This document shows, piece by piece, positions 56,002 through 64,000 of a stretch of 64,000 nucleotides of DNA. Each line of letters begins with the position of its first letter. Within the stretch, counting starts at the first letter, position 1. The position numbers were made by a program, and so were the translations under genes. The notes under the pieces are model-generated. The model saw only the letters and a program-made list of their open reading frames with translations, was not told where the DNA came from and made no database searches. Source of the stretch: Ranitomeya imitator (taxonomy: Eukaryota); NCBI RefSeq assembly GCF_032444005.1, contig NC_091287.1, positions 574,616,001-574,680,000 on the forward strand, written 5' to 3'.

Positions 56002-57597
56002 CAGTAGAGACCACAAGTTTGGACACACTTTCTCATTTAAAGATTTTTCTGCATTTTCATAACTATGAAAATTGTACGTTCACACTGAAGACATCAAAAC
56101 TATGAATTATCACATGTGGAATTATATACTTAACAAAAAAGTGTGAAACAACTGAAATTATGTCTTATATTCTAGGTTCTTCAAAGTAGCCTCCTTTTGC
56201 TTTGATGACTGCTTTGCACACTCTTGGCATTCTCTTGATGAGCTTCAAGAGGTAGTCACCGGGAATGGTCTTCCAACAATCTTGAAGGAGTTCCCAGAGA
56301 TGCTTAGCTCTTGTTGGACCTTTTGCCTTCACTCTACGGTCCAGCTCATCCCAAACCATCTCGATTTGGTTCAGGTCTGGTGACTGTGGAGGCCAGGTCA
56401 TCTGGCGCAGCACCCCATCACTCTCCTTCTTGGTCATATAGCCCTTACACAGCCTGGAGGTGTGTTTGGGGTCATTGTCCTGATGAAAAATAAGTGATGG
56501 TCCAACTAAACACAAACCGGATGGAATAGCATGCCGCTGCAAGATGCTGTGGTAGCCATGCTGGTTCAGTATGCCTTCAATTTTGAATAAATCCCCAACA
56601 GTGTCACCAGCAAAGCACCTCCACACCATCACACCTCCTCCTCCATGCTTCACGGTGGGAACCAGGCATGTAGAGTTCATCCGTTCACCTTTTCTGCGTC
56701 GCACAAAGACATGGTGGTTGGAACCAAACATCTCAAATTTGGGCTCATCAGACCAAAGCACAGATTTCCACTGGTCTAATGTCCATTCCTTGTGTTCTTT
56801 AGCCCAAACAAGTCTCTTCTGCTTGTTGCCTGTCCTTAGCAGTGGTTTCCTAGCAGCTATTTTACCATGAAGGCTGCTGCACAAAGTCTCCTCTTAACAG
56901 TTGTTGTAGAGATGTGTCTGCTGCTAGAACTCTGTGGCATTGACCTGGTCTCTAATCTGAGCTGCTGTTAACCTGCGATTTCTGAGGCTGGAGACACGGA
57001 TAAACTTATCCTCAGAAGCAGAGGTGACTCTTGGTCTTCCTTTCCTGCGGCGGTCCTCATGTGAGCCAGTTTCTTTGTAGCGCTTGATGGTTTTTGCAAC
57101 TGCACTTGGGGACACTTTCAAAGTTTTCCCAATTTTTATGACTGACTGACCTTCATTTCTTACAGTAATGATGGCCACTCGTTTTACTTTACTTAGCTCC
57201 TTTTTTCTTGCCATAATACAAATTCTAACAGTCTATTCAGTAGGACTATCAGCTGTGTATCCACCAGATTTCTGTACAACACAACTGATGATCCCAACCC
57301 CATTTATAAGGCAAGAAATCCCACTTATTAAACCTGACAGGGCACACCTGTGAAGTGAGAACCATTCCCGGTGACTACCTCTTGAAGCTCATCAAGAGAA
57401 TGCCAAGAGTGTGCAAAGCAGTCATCAAAGCAAAAGGTGGCTACTTTGAAGAACCTAGAATATAAGACATAATTTCAGTTGTTTCACACTTTTTTGTTAA
57501 GTATATAATTCCACTTGTGTTAATTCATAGTTTTGATGCCTTCAGTGTGAATGTACAATTTTCATAGTTATGAAAATACGGAAAAATCTTTAAATGA
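56002..57597 (-). mobile_element. Near full-length Tc1-family DNA transposon; transposase frameshifted, right TIR clipped
   Basis: TA|CAGT left end; ~270-bp inverted repeats (56002-56271 vs ~57358-57597); ORFs 57214-56924 (HTH, GRPR) and 56884-56165 (WSDE, HQDNDPKH, SPDLNQIEMVW, DD34E-type); small deletions near 56880-56935 break the frame. Confidence 0.93.
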
Positions 57598-59585
57598 TCA
57601 GCATGTGTGAAAAAGACTTGGGTATACTAATAGATCACAGACTGCACAGGAGTCAACAGTGTGATGCAGCAGCAAAAGAGGCAAATACAGTTCTAGGATG
57701 TCTTAGTAGAAGCATAGAGTCTAGATCACATGAAGTAATTATTGCCCTCTGCTCCTCCTTGGTTAGGCCTCATCTGGAATAATGTGTCCATTTCTGGGCC
57801 CCACATTTAAAAAAAATGAATAAATAACATTAAAGAACTGTAGCAAGTTCAGAGAAGAGCGACCAGGATGGTGATCTGTACGCAAACCATGTCCTATGAG
57901 GAACGGTTAAAGGATCTGGGAATGTTTGGCTGCAAAAATGAAGGTTAAAAGGAGACTTAGTAGCTGTCTACACATATCTGAGGGTCTGTCACAGTGTAGA
58001 GGGATCATCATTATTTTCATTTACACAAGGAAACACAAGAAGCAATGGGATGAAAACTGAATGGGAGGAGACACAGATTAGTTATTAGCAGGGTGGATAA
58101 AAATCAATGTGTTTTTTTTTTAAAAAATAAAAAAAATCGGATTTTTTTTTTATTTAAATCGGATTTTTTTTCAATTAACTGCTTTTTGAGGAAAATATTT
58201 TACCATCCAAAGGTTCTTCCATCATGAGATAAAGCGGAGTTGTTTAACTCAGTAGAATAAAGGCTGTATATGTGTAACATTCACAATGCCATGCTCTTCC
58301 AGAGGTTTCTTTAGGATTAGTGGGCAGTTTCTCTCCTATATTATCACAGACGCTCGCTTTACTTACGCAGTTCTCAAAACTGAACTTGACTCCGCAGAGG
58401 TCCCAGCCTCTTCTTCACGGCAAAAATGTTACAACATGAACAGAGTTGAGAAAAAGACCTTAATCGTATTGTTCTACAAACCTATGAATACAGAATCAAC
58501 CCCTTCAGTGCCAAGTCCAAGAAGTTAGACAATATGTTTCTGATTGTTTGGAGTGGAATAGATCTGCACAACACAAGAAGAATGTGAATCTAAGTGTGAG
58601 GAGGAGGAAGGGCAAGCAGACAAGAAAATGAAAGTGAAACTTTGAGCACAATACTGCAGCATAGCCACAGACAGACAAGTCTGGATCTGTTTGTGTGTAC
58701 GATCTGTGGTTTATTACTTTCTTTCCTTATAATGGCAGCAGGCCGTAAAAGAGACCCAGTCTTCATCACCGCACTTCTCATGATGTTGCCTCATTTGCGC
58801 CACCAGGCCTTGCATCTCTTTGTTGCATCGTTTGCATTTTGCACGCATGCCTGCCTTACTGATAGGCGAAGGAGCTTCATTAAAATATTCCCAAACTGGG
58901 TCTCTTTTACGGCCTGCTGCCATTATAAGGAAATAATGTAATAAACCTCAGATCGTACACACAAACAGATCCAGACTTGTCTGTCTGTGGCTATGCTGCA
59001 GTATTGTGCTCAAAGTTTCACTTTCATTTTCTTGTCTGCTTGCCCTTCCTCCTCCTCACACTTAGATTCACATTCTTCTTGTGTTGTGCAGATCTATTCC
59101 ACTCCAAACAATCAGAAACATATTGTCTAACTTCTTGGACTTGCCACTGAAGGGGTTGATTCTGTATTCATAGGTTTGTAGAGCAATCGGATTAAGGTCT
59201 TTTTCTCAACTTTGTTCATGTTGTAACATTTTTGCCGTGAAGAAGAGGCTGGGACCTCTGCGGAGTCAAATTCAGTTAGGTAGAAACTTTGATTTAAATC
59301 ACTGATTTAAATCAAGCCTTACTGACTAGTGATTTAAATCGTGATTTAAATCAGTTAGATTTAAATCAAATCCACCCTGGTTATTAGAATTAACTTTTTG
59401 ACAGTGATGATGATCAATGAGTGGAACAGGCGGCCACGAGAGGTGGGGAGTTTTCCTTCAATGGAAGTCTTCAAACAGAGGCTGGACAGACATTTATCTG
59501 GGATGGTTTAGTGAATTCTGCATTGAGCAGGGGGTTGGACACGAGGACCCCGGAGATCCATCCAACTCTTAACATTCTATGAACT
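57598..59585 (+). mobile_element. CR1 3' fragment (57598-58088 and 59380-59585) split by the hAT insertion
   Basis: EKDLGILIDHRL..SQQCDAAAKEANTVLGC...LVRPHLE; resumes after the TSD and ends ...ccaactcttaacattctatga. Confidence 0.85.
58089..59379 (-). mobile_element. Non-autonomous hAT derivative with internal fold-back and a BED zinc-finger fragment
   Basis: 8-bp TSD GTTATTAG (58081-58088 and 59380-59387); TIR CAGGGTGGAT; subterminal GATTTAAATC repeats; minus ORF MAAGRKRDPVWEYF...AKCKRCNKEMQGLVAQMRQHHEKC (58923-58761). Confidence 0.92.
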
Positions 59586-59589
59586 TTAG

Positions 59590-60845
59590 AGAGCACTGTG
59601 GAGAGGACAGGTAGGGTAATACACAAAGATGAGGAGGAGATGTAGGGTGGTGCAGCACTGTGGAGAGGACAGGTAGGGTTGTATACAGAGATGAGAAGGA
59701 GATGTAGGGTAGTGCGGCACTGTGGAGAGGACAGGTAGGGTTATATACAGAGATGAGCAGGAGATGTAGGGTGGTGCAGCACTGTGGAGAGGACAGGTAG
59801 GGTTGTATACAGAGATGAGGAGGAGATGTAGGGTGGTGCAGCACTGTGGAGAGGACAGGTAGGGTTATATACAGAGATGAGCAGGAGATGTAGGGTGGTG
59901 CAGCACTGTGGAGAGGACAGGTAGGGTTGTAGACAGAGATGAGCAGGAGATGTAGGGTAGTGCGGCACTGTGGAGAGGACAGGTAGGGATATATACAGAG
60001 ATGAGCAGGAGATGTAGGGTAGTGCAGCACTGTGGAGAGGACAGGTAGGGTTATACACAGATGAGCAGGAGATGTAGGGTAGTGCGGCACTGTGGAGAGG
60101 ACAGGTAGGGTTATATACAGAGATGAGCAGGAGATGTAGGGTGGTGCAGCACTGTGTGGAGGACAGGTAGGGTTATATACAGAGATGAGCAGGAGATGTA
60201 GGGTGGTGCAGCACTGTGGAGAGGACAGGTAGGGTTATATACAGAGATGAGCAGGAGATATAGGGTAGTGCGGCACTGTGGAGAGGACAGGTAGGGTTAT
60301 ATACAGAGATGAGCAGGAGATGTAGGGTAGTGCAGCACTGTGTGGAGGACAGGTAGGGTTGTAGACAGATGAGCAGGAGATGTAGGGTAGTGCGGCACTG
60401 TGGAGAGGACAGGTAGGGTTATATACAGAGATGAGCAGGAGATGTAGGGTGGTGCAGCACTGTGTGGAGGACAGGTAGGGTTATATACAGAGATGAGCAG
60501 GAGATGTAGGGTGGTGCAGCACTGTGGAGAGGACAGGTAGGGTTATATACAGAGATGAGCAGGAGATATAGGGTAGTGCGGCACTGTGGAGAGGACAGGT
60601 AGGGTTATATACAGAGATGAGCAGGAGATGTAGGGTAGTGCAGCACTGTGTGGAGGACAGGTAGGGTTGTAGACAGATGAGCAGGAGATGTAGGGTAGTG
60701 CGGCACTGTGGAGAGGACAGGTAGGGTTGTAGACAGAGATGAGCAGGAGATGTAGGCTAGTGCAGCACTGTGGGGAGGACAGGTAGGGTTGTAGACAGAT
60801 GAGCAGGAGATGTAGGGTGGTGCAGCACTGTGGAGAGGACAGGTA
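59590..60845. repeat. ~62-bp minisatellite (~20 copies; also 62135-62375) derived from L2 ORF2
   Basis: Reverse-strand unit ctctccacagtgctgcaccaccctacatctcctgctcatctctgtatataaccctacctgtc reads LHSAAPPYIS..LISVYNPT, versus [19 protein letters not shown] in the adjacent L2. Confidence 0.93.
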
Positions 60846-63800
60846 ATAATAATAATAATATAATAATAATTTTTATTTATATAGCGCCAACATATTCCGC
60901 AGCGCTTTACAAATTATAGAGGGGACTTGTACATACAATAGACATTACAGCATAACAGAAATACAGTTCAAAACAGATACCAAGAGGAGTGAGGGCCCTG
61001 CTGCTCGCAAGCTACAAACTATGGGGAAAAGGGGAGACACGAGAGGTGGATGGTAACAATTGCTATAGTTATTCGGACCAGCCATAGTGTAAGGCTTGGG
61101 TGTTCATGTAAAGCTGCATGAACCAGTTAATTATTTTTTTTTTTTTTAATATAGGCCACACAGGGATCGTTAGGTTAATGCATTGAGGCGGTAGGCCAGT
61201 CTGAACAAATGAGTTTTTAGGGCACGCTTAAAACTGTGGGGATTGGGGATTAATCGTATTATCCTAGGTAGTGCATTCCAAAGAATCGGCGCAGCACGTG
61301 TAAAGTCTTGGAGACGGGAGTGGGAGGTTCTGATTATTGAGGATGCTAACCTGAGGTCATTAGCGGAGCGGAGGGCACGGGTAGGGTGGTAGACTGAGAC
61401 CAGGGAGGAGATGTAGGGTGGTGCTGAGCCATGGAGTGCTTTGTGGATGAGGGTAGTAGTTTTGTACTGGATTCTGGAGTGGATGGGTAACCAGTGTAAT
61501 GACTGGCACAAGGTAGAGGCATCGGTGTAACGGTTGGTGAGGAATATGATCCTGGCAGCAGCATTCAGGACAGATTGGAGCGGGGAGAGTTTGGTAAGAG
61601 GGAGGCCGATTAGTAGAGAGTTACAATAGTCCAGACGAGAATGAATAAGTGAAACAGTCAGAGTTTTTGCAGAGTCGAAATTAAGAAAAGGGCGAATTCT
61701 AGAAATGTTTTTGAGATGCAGGTAAGAAGAGCGAGCCAGTGATCGGATGTGGGGGGTGAATGAAAGGTCAGAATCAAGGATGACCCCAAGGCAGCGGGCA
61801 TGTTGCTTTGGAGTAATGGTGGAACCGCAAACGGAGATGGCAATGTCAGGCAAAGGTAGGTTAGTAGAGGGAGAGAACACGAGGAGTTCAGTTTTTGACA
61901 GGTTTAGTTTCAGATAGAGGGAGGACATGATGCTAGAGACAGCGGTAAGACAATCACTGGTGTTTTCTAATAAGGCAGGCGTGAGATCAGGAGAAGAAGT
62001 GTATAGTTGGGTGTCGTCAGCATAGAGATGGTACTGGAAGCCAAATCTACTGATTGTTTGTCCAATAGGGGCAGTATACAACGAGAAGAGGAGGGGGCCT
62101 AGGACTGATCCTTGAGGAACCCCAACAGTAAGGGACAGGTAGGGTTATACACAGATGAGCAGGAGATGTAGGGTAGTGCGGCACTGTGTGGAGGACAGGT
62201 AGGGTTGTAGACAGATGAGCGGGAGATATAGGGTAGTGCAGCACTGTGGAGAGGACAGGTAGGGTTGTAGACAGATGAGCAGGAGATGTAGGGTAGTGCA
62301 GCACTGTGGAGAGGATGGGTAGGGTTGTAGACAGAGATGAGCAGGAGATATAGGGCGGTGCGGCACTGTGGAGAGGGCGTTTAGAGTGATAGATAGTGCT
62401 GCACCACCCTTCTCATCTCCATCGAGAGGACCCTGAGAATCCCCCGACAGTAAGGGAAGAGGGTCTGGCATTAGATATAGTGAAGGAGCAGTTAAAGTAG
62501 GATGAGAACCAGGGGAGCAGTGTCCATGAGGCAGATACAGCAGAGCATAGTGAGGAGGAGTGTTATGTAGGCAATCCAGTGACACAGTGTGCCAGCAATC
62601 AGAGCACATACAGTGATCTGACAATAACCCAAAAACAATAGAACGAGCTCTGAGACGTGGAATCTCTGTAGACCGCAATACCTGAACCTATCCTAAACAC
62701 AACTAAAGGCAGCTGTGGATTGCGCCTGACACTACCTATGCAACTCGGCACAGCCTGAGGAGCTGACTAGCCTGAAGATAGAAAAACAAGCCTGACTTGC
62801 CTCAGAGAAATACCCCAAAGGAAAAGGCAGCCCCCACATATAATGACTGTTAGCAAGATGAAAAGACAAACGTAGGGATGAAATAGATTCAGCAAAGTGA
62901 GGCCCGATATTCTAGATAGAGCGAGGATAGCAAAGAGAACTTTGCAGTCTACAAAAAAACCCTAAAGCAAAAAACCACGCAAAGGGGGCAAAAAGACCCA
63001 CCGTGCCGAACTAACGGCACGGCGGTACACCCTTTGCGTCTCAGAGCTTCCAGCAAAAAGAATTGACAAGCTGGACAGAAAAAGTAGCAACAAAAGCAAA
63101 GAAGCACTTATCTAAGCAGAGCAGCAGGCCACAGGAAAGATCCAGAAGCTCAGATCCAACACTGGAACATTGACAAGGCGCAAGGAAGACAGAATCAGGT
63201 GGAGTTAAATAACAAAGCAGCCAACGAGCTCACCAGAACACCTGAGGGAGGAAGCTCAGAAGCTGCAGTACCACTTGTGACCACAGGAGTGAATTCAGCC
63301 ACAGAATTCACAACAGAGGAGCTGGTGATCCGCGGTGTCAGGTCAGCAGAGATCCAGGAGAATGAGCAATGACCAGAGATCATTAGAGACCTTGGTGAGG
63401 TCAGATACTGTCGAGAGTAAAGAGCAGAAACCAGGTTGAAGAAACAGAGCGATATCTGAGATGGTGGATTAGATGAGAGTGGACCTTGAGATGAGGGGAG
63501 ATTAGCGACCGGTCTGTAGTCAGTAGTGCGGTTCTGGTCCAGGGTTGTTTTTATTTTTTTTAGTAATGGGGTCATGACTTTGTGTGTGAAGGAGGGAAAT
63601 GTATTGGAAGAAAGAGAGGTTAGATATTCTAGTTAGGAGAAAGGGAGGAGGAGAGGGAATAGGTCATTGGTGCAGGTTGTAGGGCGAGAAGAAGCGAGGA
63701 GCCAGGTAACTTCTTTTGTAAGTGGACAGTGAAATGCGGAGCCATGATATTGGGGGATTGAGAGATGGTTTCCTGTCAGATAGTGAATTTTTTTGCTGTG

Positions 63801-64000
63801 AAATGATTGTGTGGATCGTCAGCGCTGAGAACGGTGATCGGGGGGTGGCATGCTAGGACTGAGGAGCGAGTGACGAGTGTCGGTGGTTAAGGATTGTCCG
63901 ACAGTGATGTGAGGAGGGCGGTGAAGTCGCTAGTTTGGCCGGATGGAGGCAGGCTTACTTTTCTCCATTCACACTGGACACCTGGAGCACCGCTGGTGAA
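60845..64000 (-). mobile_element. L2-clade LINE (RT and 3' end), interrupted by a minisatellite and a solo LTR; continues off the window
   Basis: Open 303-aa frame 62081-61170 ([30 protein letters not shown]); (AAT)n tail ~60845-60870; degenerate RT upstream (YRPVANL, DHQLL|LTML). Confidence 0.9.
62561..63315. mobile_element. Solo LTR (755 bp)
   Basis: TGTTATG...CACAACA termini (TG...CA); flanked on both sides by GAGGAG; the L2 frame DHQLL|LTML rejoins across it. Orientation and superfamily not determined. Confidence 0.8.

Noticed and set aside
53104-56105. Repetitive YVYMYMYDPVTGQ / MCICTCMTRSPAS ORFs resembling amyloid, adhesive or metallothionein-like proteins
   Set aside because: A 39-bp unit is a multiple of 3, so several frames on both strands stay open. 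There are no splice signals or synonymous-site bias, and the array is split by a CR1.
7050-60845. Consistent G-rich strand bias of arrays relative to BOP1 transcription
   Set aside because: Several arrays are purine-rich on + but others (13950, 16230, 35975, 42497, 46440) are pyrimidine-rich, so there is no consistent rule.

Overview
Eukaryotic (very likely anuran, i.e. frog) genomic DNA. It contains the complete 16-exon BOP1 gene on the minus strand (CDS 51568->3354; 2094 nt, 697 aa; every junction reads GT-AG in consistent phase). The two-exon bHLH gene scleraxis (SCX, 182 aa) is nested on the plus strand inside the 21.5-kb BOP1 intron 3. A CpG-rich, apparently bidirectional promoter lies at about 51.55-51.95 kb. 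About 34 kb (~54%) is GC-rich minisatellite: ~20 arrays with units of ~32-105 bp. These arrays account for almost all the long ORFs in the track, which are artefacts. Most of the rest is transposon debris: a Ngaro/DIRS-type tyrosine-recombinase retroelement, L2, CR1 and L1 LINE fragments, two Tc1 copies, a hAT derivative, TTAA- and TWA-type MITEs, and a solo LTR. Highlights: (1) an intact-looking type I hammerhead ribozyme at 2908-2989, ~270 bp beyond the BOP1 poly(A) signal; (2) a hAT derivative folded back into 383-bp inverted arms around its BED-finger start; (3) several minisatellites whose units are pieces of L2 LINE sequence, one with a stepwise mutation gradient; (4) a 1-kb minisatellite between the SCX TATA box and start codon; (5) a 2A-like NPGP motif ahead of an L2 endonuclease. 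No prokaryotic features, CRISPR arrays, rRNA or tRNA genes were recognised. All work was by eye, so repeat boundaries and copy numbers are approximate.
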